Assembly: GCA_049322215.1 (NCBI GenBank)
Contig: JBMORU010000001.1
Coordinates: 644,023-708,022, forward strand
Direction: 5' to 3'
Source of the DNA: Patescibacteria group bacterium
Lineage (GTDB): Bacteria; Patescibacteriota; WWE3; UBA101185; UBA10185
Length of the DNA: 64,000 nt
Shown here: positions 1-9,650 of the stretch, piece after piece
Layout: the number at the start of each line of letters is the position of its first letter
Position numbering within the stretch: position 1 is the stretch's first letter
Notes under the pieces: generated by a model
Told to the model about the DNA's origin: nothing
The model's database searches: none
What the model saw: only the letters and a program-made list of their open reading frames with translations
Program-made: the position numbers and the translations under genes

Positions 1-678
1 GGTTTAACAAACTGGGAAGTCGATGGTTCTTATGGGCTTGCGATTACGCTTGGTGGAAAAGAAGTGCGTCTTTTGGATTTAGCAAATGTATACGCTACGT
101 TATCTAGGAACGGTATATACAAGGATACTACCGGTTTACTGTCGGTTAAAGATGCTTTAGGTAATGAAATATATAGGGATACTAGAGAATCTAAGCGTGT
201 AGTTTCAGAAGGAGCTTCTTACTTACTAACGCATATATTATCAGACAGTAGAGCCCGTTTACCTGCATTTGGAATAAACAGTTTTCTAGATATTGATGGA
301 TATAGTGTGGCAGTTAAAACAGGCACATCTGATGAGAAGCGTGATAACTTAACAGTTGGATATACCCCTTCGTATGTAGTGGCGGTTTGGGTTGGTAATA
401 ACGATTACTCTCCTATGAATAAACAATTGGCTTCTGGTTTAAGTGGTGCTGCTCCAATGTGGAACCGCATAATGACTCGCACTTTAGAAGGGAGCTCGCC
501 AGAGCACTTTGAAATGCCTTCTAATGTATTTGTTTTCACTGATTCAAATTGTAATAATAAAGTAGAAGTATTTATTAAAGGCACCGAACCTGAACGTTTA
601 TGTTCTCCAGGAAAAAACTTTGATGAAAAAAAAGTTAATGTAAGTAAACAAGTGAGAGGAGGTGGCACTTTTGAGTAA
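1..678 (+). CDS. Penicillin-binding protein (PBP1A-type), C-terminal transpeptidase part, truncated by window start
   Basis: Frame open from base 1 (GLAITLGGKEVRLLDLANVY); KTGTS motif, VGYTP..VAVWVGNND, GAAPMW. Confidence 0.9.
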   Translation, partial: GLTNWEVDGSYGLAITLGGKEVRLLDLANVYATLSRNGIYKDTTGLLSVKDALGNEIYRDTRESKRVVSEGASYLLTHILSDSRARLPAFGINSFLDIDGYSVAVKTGTSDEKRDNLTVGYTPSYVVAVWVGNNDYSPMNKQLASGLSGAAPMWNRIMTRTLEGSSPEHFEMPSNVFVFTDSNCNNKVEVFIKGTEPERLCSPGKNFDEKKVNVSKQVRGGGTFE

Positions 679-1135
679 AAAAGTGACTGAACAAAAAATT
701 TCTAACAAAAGTTTAATAAAAACGATGCTTGATAAAATTATGATACGCATTAAAAAAGAAAACCCCGATGCAACATGGAGTAATTTGTTAACTGGATTGG
801 GTATTTTACTTTTGGTAGCTGTATTTAGCATTTCTTATTTTGGGCGTACCCCTGGTGATACAACTGTTTTAGGAGATTCGGAGGAAGCTACAAGTAGTTT
901 AACTGAAGATTCAAAAGTAGAAGATTTGGGAATCTTCACTACTGACTTAAACAAAAAAACAGTAATTGTTGAAAAGGGCGAAGGTCTTTGGCATGTGGCA
1001 AAAAGAGCATGCGGAAACGGAGAGTTATACAATTACCTTGCAAAAGCTAATGGGCTAAACATTTGGTCTTCTGTATATGTGGGGCAGGAGTTAGTTTTAG
1101 ATTGTGGGCCTATAAACTCTTCTCAAAACAATTAG
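662..1135 (+). CDS. Membrane-anchored LysM-domain protein
   Basis: One TM helix, then VEKGEGLWHVA...LAKANGL...VYVGQEL (LysM pattern). Confidence 0.8.
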   Translation: MALLSKKVTEQKISNKSLIKTMLDKIMIRIKKENPDATWSNLLTGLGILLLVAVFSISYFGRTPGDTTVLGDSEEATSSLTEDSKVEDLGIFTTDLNKKTVIVEKGEGLWHVAKRACGNGELYNYLAKANGLNIWSSVYVGQELVLDCGPINSSQNN

Positions 1136-1236
1136 TTTTAAATGTTACCTGGCAATAAGAAACACCTTTTATATTGAAGCTACTAACCTATAGTGGTATA
1201 ATTAATAGACGCATACTACTAATAAGGAGATTCTCA

Positions 1237-1578
1237 ATGAAAATTGTAGACATGCTAAATTGCAGTGCGGAAAGTGAACTAAAAGCAGCTAAAAGAAGTG
1301 GCCTTTTTGTTTATGTTATTCCGCAAGTTGTGCCCCGTAAGGGAATTGTTTCTCGATGGGGTTTAGTACTAGATGGTAACGAAAATAGAGAATTCAAAAC
1401 TCTATATGTTGCTATTAAAGTTTTCGCTTTGCTTAAGGCATATCAGCAACCAAGTCGGTTGTATGTTTTGTACATTGCAGTACATGCAGCTATTTGGAAG
1501 TTTTTAGCGCCAGTACGAAGCTTGGAAAACGTTTTAATATCTGGAGGTTATCTGAAGGATATTAAACGTTTAAGGTAG
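1237..1578 (+). CDS. Hypothetical protein
   Basis: ATG preceded by AAGGAG; TTGAAG-17-TATAAT promoter upstream. Confidence 0.6.
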   Translation: MKIVDMLNCSAESELKAAKRSGLFVYVIPQVVPRKGIVSRWGLVLDGNENREFKTLYVAIKVFALLKAYQQPSRLYVLYIAVHAAIWKFLAPVRSLENVLISGGYLKDIKRLR

Positions 1579-1584
1579 GTTTCA

Positions 1585-1941
1585 ATGCGAATACCTGAAG
1601 CACTTTTCAAGAAAGGTTTGAGTATGCTGCTTGGGAATTCAAAAGATATACGTGTTAACACAAGTAACGGGTCTTTCGTTGATCTTGACTATGTGCGCGT
1701 TGTTAAGACGTTTATTAACAGATCCCGGCAACTATACTTATTGCGATACAATGACCCTTACGATAATCCAGCTTCTGAAACCGAAATGCGCTTGCTAGAT
1801 GATATAGAATCGCAACTAAATCATTTGAATATGCAGGCGTTTAAGCGGGAAAAGCGTGTTGATCGTGGGGATGTAGTAGCTTTTGTTCAAACACTAAAGG
1901 AGCTTGAAAAAGAGCAAAAAGCTGACTTGGGAATAAAATAA
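1585..1941 (+). CDS. Hypothetical protein
   Basis: 118 aa ORF starting 6 nt after the previous gene. Confidence 0.6.
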   Translation: MRIPEALFKKGLSMLLGNSKDIRVNTSNGSFVDLDYVRVVKTFINRSRQLYLLRYNDPYDNPASETEMRLLDDIESQLNHLNMQAFKREKRVDRGDVVAFVQTLKELEKEQKADLGIK

Positions 1942-1970
1942 TCTTTTAGTCTCTCAAATAAGGAGTTGAA

Positions 1971-2456
1971 ATGAGACCAAGAATTAGTTACACAACATTT
2001 TTGATAATCATTGGTGTTTTGACTTTGTTACTTTCGCTAGTCATAAACGCTTTTTCTGAGGTCAATGCGAACGCATTTTTGAGTCAGGGTAAGGCAACCC
2101 TTTATGTCGGTCATTCCAATACTGACTTAGGGTTTGTATCTGATAACAGTTTTGTATTGAAAGCCAACTACGAATATTTGGCATCATACAATACGGTTGA
2201 AGACGTTGACTTGATTTTGCGAGTTTATTCCCCTGAGCGGTTTACTTTTTACAGCACTGGGGAATGCCACACAGGTTGCGTGCCCACATACAACAGCGAA
2301 AGTGAACTGTACTGGGCAAACATTACTGTTAAGCAAACCACCGGCAAATTTCAACCTGTTGCTATTGAAGGTGGTTCTGGTCCTTTTGGATTGGTTACAA
2401 GCTTAAATAAAGATGTTCCTGCAATTCTAATGCACTTCACATTTGAGCCTGAGTAA
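1971..2456 (+). CDS. Hypothetical exported/membrane-anchored protein
   Basis: AAGGAG RBS; N-terminal hydrophobic segment. Confidence 0.65.
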   Translation: MRPRISYTTFLIIIGVLTLLLSLVINAFSEVNANAFLSQGKATLYVGHSNTDLGFVSDNSFVLKANYEYLASYNTVEDVDLILRVYSPERFTFYSTGECHTGCVPTYNSESELYWANITVKQTTGKFQPVAIEGGSGPFGLVTSLNKDVPAILMHFTFEPE

Positions 2457-2465
2457 CCATATTAT

Positions 2466-2512
2466 AGGTACATAAGTTATGTTTTATTTCATAATTTATG
2501 TACCTTTTTTTT
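2466..2512 (+). terminator. Intrinsic terminator
   Basis: AGGTACATAAGTTATG/CATAATTTATGTACCT stem plus T-tract. Confidence 0.75.
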
Positions 2513-2553
2513 ACTTTTCAAACCCGAAACTTTCCCGTATACTAATTTTTGCT

Positions 2554-5523
2554 ATGTCTAACGTTAAAGACACGATTACCGTTAAAGGTGCTCGTGAGCA
2601 CAATTTAAAAGATATAAATGTAGAAATTCCCAAAAATAAATTTGTAGTTTTTACTGGCGTTTCGGGGTCGGGAAAATCTTCTTTAGCAATGGATACAATT
2701 TATGCCGAAGGCCAAAGACGTTATGTTGAAAGCCTGTCTGCATACGCGCGTCAATTTTTAGGTGTAATGGATAAGCCCGATGTAGATAGTATTGAAGGTT
2801 TATCTCCGGCAATTGCGATTGATCAAAAAACAACTTCTCGTAATCCACGTTCAACCGTTGGAACAGTTACCGAAGTTTACGATTTTTTACGCCTACTTTT
2901 TGCTCGTGTTGGGCACCCATCATGCCCAAATTGTGGAAGAGAAATTAGCCGTCAGAGTACGCAGCAAATTGTAGACAACATATTAGATTTAGCTAGTAAA
3001 GAATCTGAATTTTCTACCTCGCGCGGTGTTAGAATGCTTATTTTGTCTCCGGTTATAAAAGACAGAAAAGGAGAGTATTCAGCATTATTTTCAAATTTAA
3101 AAAAACAGGGAATTATCCGCGCACGTATTGACGGTGAAGTAAGAAACTTAAATGAGCAGTTTGATTTAATTAAAACTAATAAGCATACAATAGATGCGGT
3201 TTTAAATAGATTAATTTTGTCTAAAGACAAAGTTTCTGATCCTGAAGAAGAAAAAATATTAAAAAGCAATTTATACCAAACCATTGAAACCGCTCTTCGC
3301 TTATCCAACGGGACGGCTATAGTAACTATTGTTAAAGATAAGGCTTTTGATTTTAGCGAAAACCCTAAAGAATTTGAAGATCATTTATTTTCAGAAAACT
3401 TTGCTTGTCCTGTGTGCAATATTTCGTTGCCTGAAATAGAACCAAGAAACTTTTCTTTTAATTCACCTCATGGGGCTTGCCCACAATGTGATGGTTTAGG
3501 CACCGAACTAAAAATTGCCGAAGATATGATTATTAATCCAAGATTATCTGTACATGAAGGAGGCATATCACCCTGGACTCGTTTGTTTGAACATAATTCA
3601 TGGACTGCTAAAGTTGTTGAAGCTGTAGCAGATAAATATAACATTCCTTTAGATACACATATTGGAGATTTAGATGAAAAAGCAAGAAAAACTTTACTAT
3701 ATGGAATACCTTCTGGAAAAAGAGTAGTAGTTGACTATATTTCTAAAGAAGGCCACTCCGGAACATTTAATGCAAAGTTTGAAGGGGTTATTCCTAATTT
3801 AGTACGTCGCCATAAAGAAACAAATTCTGATTACATTCGCAAAGAAATTGAAAAATATATGGTAAAGGAATCATGTCCTTTGTGTAAAGGAACTCGTTTA
3901 AAAAAGGAATCTTTATCAGTAACTATAAATTCTTTAAATATTTCTGAAGTCACAAACTTTTCTATTAATGACTTTTCTGAGTGGTTTGATTCTTTGCAGG
4001 GAATATTTTCTGAAAGAGAACTTAAAATTGCTGCTCCTGTTAAAAAAGAAATTTCCTATAGAATTAAATTTTTGCTTGATGTTGGCTTAGGCTATTTAAC
4101 ACTAAATAGGTCTGCCTCACAGCTATCTGGTGGGGAAGCTCAAAGAATTAGACTGGCATCACAAATAGGCTCTGGGTTATCTGGGGTGCTTTACGTTTTA
4201 GACGAACCTTCTATTGGACTTCACCAAAGAGATCAACACAAGTTAATTAACACACTTAAGCACTTGCGAGATTTGGGCAATACGGTGCTAGTTGTAGAAC
4301 ACGACACTGAAACAATGCTTGAAAGCGACTATATTTTTGATTTTGGCCCCGGAGCAGGAATTCACGGTGGGACTGTTACAGCTAAAGGAACTCCTGCAGA
4401 TTTGATGGAAGATAAAAATTCTCTAACAGGCATGTACTTGGCTGGTAAAAAAAATGTAGGAGAGGCTGTTTTTAAAGCAACAAAAGATCATATGCTCGAG
4501 CCTGTAAAAGATGCTCAAGATAAACATTTAAAAATACTAAATGCTGCCGGAAGAAATTTAAAAGGAATAGATGTAGAAATTCCCTTAGGGAAATTAGTTT
4601 GTGTTACAGGAGTTTCAGGGTCAGGTAAATCTACTTTAGTAATGGACACTTTATATAAGTCATTAAGGCATGAGTTTGGTTTACGTATAGAGGAAATGCC
4701 CGAACCTAACGACGGTTTATATGGCGTTGAAAACATAGATAAGGTAATAGCAATTGATCAAACTCCAATTGGGCGTACTCCAAAATCTAATCCTGCAACT
4801 TACACCAAGGTTTTTGATCATATTCGTTCATTATTTGCGCAAACAGAAGAAGCGCGAATTCGAGGGTATAAACCTGGAAGATTTAGCTTTAACGTAAAGG
4901 GAGGTCGTTGTGAAGCATGCGCTGGTGAAGGGCAAATAAAAATCGAAATGCAATTTATGCCTGATGTGTATGTAAACTGTGAAGTATGTGAAGGCAAAAG
5001 GTACAATAGCGAAGCTTTAGAAATACATTATAAAGGTAAAAATATAAGTGATGTTTTAAATATGACGGTAGAAGATGCTTTAGGTTTTTTTGAAAATATT
5101 CCACAAATTAGGCGTCGCTTGCAAACAATAAATGATGTTGGTTTAGGATATATTCGCTTAGGGCAGCCCGCCCCTACACTTTCGGGCGGCGAAGCTCAAC
5201 GTGTTAAATTAGCCTTAGAATTATCAAAACAGTCTACAGGTAAAACCTTTTACATTCTCGATGAACCTACTACCGGTTTACACTTTGCCGATTTAGAACG
5301 TTTAATAAGTATAGTTAAGCGTTTAACTGCAAAAGGAAACACTGTGTTAGTAATTGAGCATAATTTAGATGTTATAGCTAATGCTGATTGGGTTATTGAC
5401 CTCGGTTACGAGGGGGGTGATCTTGGAGGCCAACTAGTTTTTTCAGGACCCCTAAATGATTTATTGCAACATAAAAAATCATACACAGCAGAAGCACTGC
5501 GCCAACTAAAAAGTATAAATTAG
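2554..5523 (+). CDS. uvrA: Excinuclease ABC subunit A
   Basis: GAREHNLK, two GVSGSGKS P-loops, two LSGGEAQR, Zn fingers; start moved to MSNVKD. Confidence 0.98.
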   Translation: MSNVKDTITVKGAREHNLKDINVEIPKNKFVVFTGVSGSGKSSLAMDTIYAEGQRRYVESLSAYARQFLGVMDKPDVDSIEGLSPAIAIDQKTTSRNPRSTVGTVTEVYDFLRLLFARVGHPSCPNCGREISRQSTQQIVDNILDLASKESEFSTSRGVRMLILSPVIKDRKGEYSALFSNLKKQGIIRARIDGEVRNLNEQFDLIKTNKHTIDAVLNRLILSKDKVSDPEEEKILKSNLYQTIETALRLSNGTAIVTIVKDKAFDFSENPKEFEDHLFSENFACPVCNISLPEIEPRNFSFNSPHGACPQCDGLGTELKIAEDMIINPRLSVHEGGISPWTRLFEHNSWTAKVVEAVADKYNIPLDTHIGDLDEKARKTLLYGIPSGKRVVVDYISKEGHSGTFNAKFEGVIPNLVRRHKETNSDYIRKEIEKYMVKESCPLCKGTRLKKESLSVTINSLNISEVTNFSINDFSEWFDSLQGIFSERELKIAAPVKKEISYRIKFLLDVGLGYLTLNRSASQLSGGEAQRIRLASQIGSGLSGVLYVLDEPSIGLHQRDQHKLINTLKHLRDLGNTVLVVEHDTETMLESDYIFDFGPGAGIHGGTVTAKGTPADLMEDKNSLTGMYLAGKKNVGEAVFKATKDHMLEPVKDAQDKHLKILNAAGRNLKGIDVEIPLGKLVCVTGVSGSGKSTLVMDTLYKSLRHEFGLRIEEMPEPNDGLYGVENIDKVIAIDQTPIGRTPKSNPATYTKVFDHIRSLFAQTEEARIRGYKPGRFSFNVKGGRCEACAGEGQIKIEMQFMPDVYVNCEVCEGKRYNSEALEIHYKGKNISDVLNMTVEDALGFFENIPQIRRRLQTINDVGLGYIRLGQPAPTLSGGEAQRVKLALELSKQSTGKTFYILDEPTTGLHFADLERLISIVKRLTAKGNTVLVIEHNLDVIANADWVIDLGYEGGDLGGQLVFSGPLNDLLQHKKSYTAEALRQLKSIN

Positions 5524-7276
5524 CTTTACTAAAATCTGCTTTTTGTGGATTTCCCTCTTTAATTACTAAGTCTTTTTCTATTGTTTCACCCGTGAAGGTT
5601 TCATATTCAACGGTTGTGCTATTTCTTGGGATAGTAGCTTTTAGAGTTTGTCCTGGAACTAATTTTTTTCCTGTGTTTTGTATGTCGAATGCCGAAATGT
5701 TACCCTCATTTTTTATATAAAAAGTTTTTTGTCCTCGTAGTAAATTAATGGGGTTTAAATCTGGTGCTGCGTATAGAAATAAACTTTCTTCAAAAGGAGT
5801 TTCAGTACTATCTTGTGCAAAGTCAACCTCGACTTGTTTAGAATCCTCAGCTGTTTTATACGTTCCCGCTGGAAGAGGATATTCTGAGTCAGTACCTTTA
5901 ATTACGAAAGCAAAGTGGTTTGTATCAAGTTTTGTGAAGTAATCTGTTTCTGAAGTACTTCCCCATGTAGGATCAATAGCAACCCAACCATAAAAAGGAT
6001 CGTAAAATTCAGGCCAAGCGTGAAGTAGGTCTCCGCCTTTTATATTTATTGATAATGGTGTTACATTGTTTTCTCTTGCTAGTGCAAAACCGTCTAATTC
6101 TCTGGCTGGTATTCCCATGGCACGCGCAGTAGCAATAAACAGGTCGGTAAATTCCATGCAAGCCCAGGCTCCTTGTTCTGTCAGTGCTTTTAAGGCGCCA
6201 CTTCTTTCAATATACTCTTTATTAGTAATATCAAAGTCGTAAGTCAGGTTTTCTGTTATATAGTTGTAAATGTTTTGAGCATTTTCAGCTACGGTTTTGT
6301 CTTGCTCTTTTAGCTTGCTTGCCAAATTTTGAACTTGGTTCGAACTTACTTCCCAGTAAGTGTCTTCCTTAGTGTATTCTTTAACCAGAAGTTGTGGTAA
6401 ATCTTCGAAATCTCCGCCAAATTCAGGTTGAATTTGCCTTCCTGAAATTCTTACAGAACCGATTGTTTCTATTTTTAAATCTTCATTTGGTTGAAGCTTA
6501 TATAACGCAATGGTGTTTCCATCGGTGTCTGTATAAATATCAAAAGGCTCTGGAGTTAGTTTGTCTATTTTTACTTGCTGCATGTTTTTTATATCAGGTG
6601 GTAAGGCTATTTCCATTTGAGCTGTGAAGTTATTTTCGTTCACAAGATGGTAACTTAACTTATAGTTAATCACTTGGTATTGTCCAAAAGCCGCAGTAAT
6701 TCCGCCTTGTTTGAGGTTTTCTTTATTAAACGTGTAAATTGAATGAGTATCAGTAGTTTCAGTAAAAAATGGTTTAGGTGAAATAAAAATTTCTGGGCCA
6801 AAGCTTTTTGGAACTTTTAAAATAATGTCGTAATTTTTTGTGAGTTCTAATGTGTCTACCTTTGGTATGTGAATATTCCACACTTCGCCAACTTTATTTG
6901 CTGCATCTTTTGTTTTGTATTGCAGTTGAAAGTTAGTTGCTCTTCCTTCTCCAACAATTTGTGAATTGAAATCTGCGTTTATTGTTGTGCTATTTTCTTG
7001 TTCTTCAATTTCTATATCTAAGTCTCCTTGATCGTCACTACCTTCTACATCATATATATTCATTTGTTTTATAGTTAATGCATATTTTCTAGCTAAGAGA
7101 TCGCTGGTTTTGTTGGTTATTCCTATATGTTGTATAACATTTGTTTCGCCAGTTGCTTCTATTTCATAGTTGACTACAAATTCAGTTTCAAACTCATTTT
7201 GTGCATATACTACGCTGGCAAATATAGAACCAAATATTAAGAAGAAAAAAACAAACAGAGTTTTAATAGATTTCAT
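5393..7276 (-). CDS. Exported transglutaminase-like protein with C-terminal TM anchor
   Basis: Signal peptide; ACMEFTDLF..ARAMGIPAR, HAWPEFY..GWVAIDPTW (Cys-His-Asp triad). Confidence 0.88.
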   Translation of the reverse strand: MKSIKTLFVFFFLIFGSIFASVVYAQNEFETEFVVNYEIEATGETNVIQHIGITNKTSDLLARKYALTIKQMNIYDVEGSDDQGDLDIEIEEQENSTTINADFNSQIVGEGRATNFQLQYKTKDAANKVGEVWNIHIPKVDTLELTKNYDIILKVPKSFGPEIFISPKPFFTETTDTHSIYTFNKENLKQGGITAAFGQYQVINYKLSYHLVNENNFTAQMEIALPPDIKNMQQVKIDKLTPEPFDIYTDTDGNTIALYKLQPNEDLKIETIGSVRISGRQIQPEFGGDFEDLPQLLVKEYTKEDTYWEVSSNQVQNLASKLKEQDKTVAENAQNIYNYITENLTYDFDITNKEYIERSGALKALTEQGAWACMEFTDLFIATARAMGIPARELDGFALARENNVTPLSINIKGGDLLHAWPEFYDPFYGWVAIDPTWGSTSETDYFTKLDTNHFAFVIKGTDSEYPLPAGTYKTAEDSKQVEVDFAQDSTETPFEESLFLYAAPDLNPINLLRGQKTFYIKNEGNISAFDIQNTGKKLVPGQTLKATIPRNSTTVEYETFTGETIEKDLVIKEGNPQKADFSKANLYFLVGAVLLLCMIFYVAINHLGVLKKLVGLQDHPPRNRGQ

Positions 7277-7313
7277 GTTATTAAATTTTAGCATTTAAAA
7301 GTTGGAATGTGAC

Positions 7314-7553
7314 AAAAAAATAGGTATAGGTAGCCGATGATGTATTACGTTAACAATGTTCTCTTCGATGTTAAAACGTATTTAAAAGGGCTTACCTATA
7401 CCTATGTAACATATAACTCCGCCTATGTGTTTGGCCGGCCAATGTAACTGTAACCAAAACCATAATCCATCAGGGCCGGCGAGTGGCGGTTGCGGGACTC
7501 CTGGGCGCTTTGTTGCGTCAGTGTTCGTGCCCGCTAAAACTAATCGATTAGTG
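7314..7553 (-). ncRNA. Candidate structured ncRNA (~240 nt), family unknown
   Basis: Promoter upstream, three long hairpins, ends in a hairpin plus U7; GC-rich in an AT-rich intergenic region. Confidence 0.55.
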
Positions 7554-7559
7554 ACAAGA

Positions 7560-7588
7560 ATTTTATCAAAAACACCCTTGTTTGTCAA
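7560..7588 (-). promoter_or_regulatory. Sigma70 promoter TTGACA-17-TAAAAT with extended TG
   Basis: Minus strand reads TTGACA aacaagggtgtttttga TAAAAT. Confidence 0.75.
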
Positions 7589-7630
7589 CCTATAGTTAAA
7601 TCTATTGTAATACAATGTTAAAATTTAGTA

Positions 7631-8986
7631 ATGGAAAATAATCTACTATTATCCAAAGTTAAAAAACTACCTAAAGTACCCGGTGTTTATTTGTTTAAAA
7701 ACTCAGCGGGGAAAATTATTTATGTTGGAAAGGCAAAAATTTTAAGAAATCGTGTTAAATCCTATTTTCAAGGAAATTTATTACAAGGATCAAAAACAAA
7801 ATCACTAGTTGATAGAATTTTTGACCTTGAATACATTGAAGCATTATCTGAGCTAGAAGCTCTAATACTAGAAGCTCAGCTAATTAAAAAATATAAACCA
7901 AAATATAATATTGCCTTAAAAGATGATAAATCTTACTTATACATAGTGATTAGAAATGAAAAGGTTATAAAAAGCGGGCGTGAAGTAATAGTTCCAAAAG
8001 TTTTAACATGCCACGAAACTGATCTAAAAAGAAAAGATATAGTATTTGGTCCCTACCCACATGGAAGAACTGCCCAATATGTTGTTAGAACGTTACGTAA
8101 AGCATTACCCTACAGAGACTGCAGTGTAAGTAAGTTTAATAAATATGCCAGAATGGATCAGCCTTGTTTATATGGGCATATAGGTTTGTGTTCTGCCCCG
8201 TGTACAAGCAGCACTTCCATACTTGAGTATAAGAAAGATATTTCACGATTAAGAAGCATATTATCTGGTAAGAGTTCTTCAATGCTAAAGCGTGTAGAAA
8301 AGCAAATGCAGCATTCCTCACTAAATCAGGAATATGAAAAAGCTGCAAAATATAGAGATATTCTGAAAAAGTTTAGATATATTAGGCAAAGTTTTAGAAC
8401 TGCGGATAAATATATTGAAAATCCTTATTTAGTTGAAGATATGATTAATCAGGCGCTGGATTCTCTTGTATTAAACATTCCACATTTAAATAAACTACCG
8501 AAAAGAATTGAATGTTATGATATTTCGAATTTATCAGGGAAAGAAGCTACTGGATCAATGGTTGTTGCAATTAATGGGCGTTTAACAAATAAAGAATACA
8601 GAAACTTTAAAATTAAACTTAAAGATACACCTGACGATTTTGCCATGATGCGTGAAGTTTTATATAGGCGCCTTTCGCGTGAAGTTGCACCTACAAAAAC
8701 TAGAAAACCATGGGGAACGCCTGACTTATTAGTTGTAGATGGGGGTAAAGGTCAAGTTTCTATAGCTTTAGAAGTGGCTAAGGAACTTAATGTTGATTTG
8801 CCAATAATTGGTTTAGCAAAGCGTTTTGAGCATATTGTTTACTTTGATGGGGAAAACTTTAGCGAAATTGCTCTTTCAAAGAGCGATCCTGGGTTAAAGT
8901 TGTTACAGCGCTTAAGAGATGAGTCTCATAGGTTTGCCAGAAGATACCATCATAAGTTAAGACTACAAAAGATTAGATCTTCCTAG
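7631..8986 (+). CDS. uvrC: Excinuclease ABC subunit C (short form without HhH tail)
   Basis: PGVYLF..IYVGKA..LRNRV..YF (GIY-YIG), RIECYDIS, DLLVVDGGKGQ, RDESHRFA. Confidence 0.95.
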   Translation: MENNLLLSKVKKLPKVPGVYLFKNSAGKIIYVGKAKILRNRVKSYFQGNLLQGSKTKSLVDRIFDLEYIEALSELEALILEAQLIKKYKPKYNIALKDDKSYLYIVIRNEKVIKSGREVIVPKVLTCHETDLKRKDIVFGPYPHGRTAQYVVRTLRKALPYRDCSVSKFNKYARMDQPCLYGHIGLCSAPCTSSTSILEYKKDISRLRSILSGKSSSMLKRVEKQMQHSSLNQEYEKAAKYRDILKKFRYIRQSFRTADKYIENPYLVEDMINQALDSLVLNIPHLNKLPKRIECYDISNLSGKEATGSMVVAINGRLTNKEYRNFKIKLKDTPDDFAMMREVLYRRLSREVAPTKTRKPWGTPDLLVVDGGKGQVSIALEVAKELNVDLPIIGLAKRFEHIVYFDGENFSEIALSKSDPGLKLLQRLRDESHRFARRYHHKLRLQKIRSS

Positions 8987-9000
8987 TAGTATAGAATCAA

Positions 9001-9426
9001 ATGGGGTTAATTAGATTATTTATAAGATCAGTAGTTTTTTCTTACATCGCCTTATTTGCTACACAAGTGGTTATTAATGCTTTTGTATTTGAAGAAAGCA
9101 CTTTTATTAGTATTTACTTTTTAATAATATTGGCGTTAGGCTTGTTGAACTTGTTTATTCGTCCAATTTTATCTTTAATTGGATTACCTTCTAGAGGAGT
9201 TTTTTACTTATTCATGACATTCGTGATTACTTTGATTACTATTTATGCTTTAACTGTATTTTTACCAAACTTTGGTGTTCAGGGTAGTGTAATGCAAGAG
9301 TTGAGGTTTTTTGGATTTGTGTTACCATCAAAAGAATTAAGCCCAAATTGGGCTATAATTTGCTCAGCTCTATCATTTAGCGTTATTTATAATTTCTTTG
9401 AATGGTTATGCTGGTGTAAAAACTAA
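9001..9426 (+). CDS. 4-TM membrane protein (phage holin/DUF360-like)
   Basis: LGLLNLFIRPIL...LP motif; four hydrophobic helices. Confidence 0.65.
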   Translation: MGLIRLFIRSVVFSYIALFATQVVINAFVFEESTFISIYFLIILALGLLNLFIRPILSLIGLPSRGVFYLFMTFVITLITIYALTVFLPNFGVQGSVMQELRFFGFVLPSKELSPNWAIICSALSFSVIYNFFEWLCWCKN

Positions 9427-9647
9427 TGGATTATTTATTAGTAGCAAAAATATTACAAATAATTTTCGCATTCGTATTGATTGGCTTAGTGCTAATGCAA
9501 TCTAAAGGTACTGGATTAGCCAGTTCTTTTGGAGGTACTGCACAATACCGTTCCCGACGTGGTATGGAAAAAGTAGTTCATTTAGGAACACTTATTGTAG
9601 GTATTAGTTTTGTAGCTAATTCTCTAACTATCCTGTTTCTCGGATAA
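9426..9647 (+). CDS. secG: Preprotein translocase SecG
   Basis: LVLMQSKGTGLASSFGG...RRGMEK; two TMs. Confidence 0.9.
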   Translation: MDYLLVAKILQIIFAFVLIGLVLMQSKGTGLASSFGGTAQYRSRRGMEKVVHLGTLIVGISFVANSLTILFLG

Positions 9648-9650
9648 TTT

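Noticed and set aside
7314-7553. Identity as tmRNA, RNase P, SRP RNA or retron msr-msd
   Set aside because: No tRNA-like ends, no GAGGAAAGUCC, no CAGG-GNRA-AGCAG motif, and no reverse transcriptase in the window
7382-7615. 77-aa minus-strand ORF in the track
   Set aside because: It starts upstream of, and runs through, a consensus promoter and GC-rich hairpins; better explained as a structured RNA
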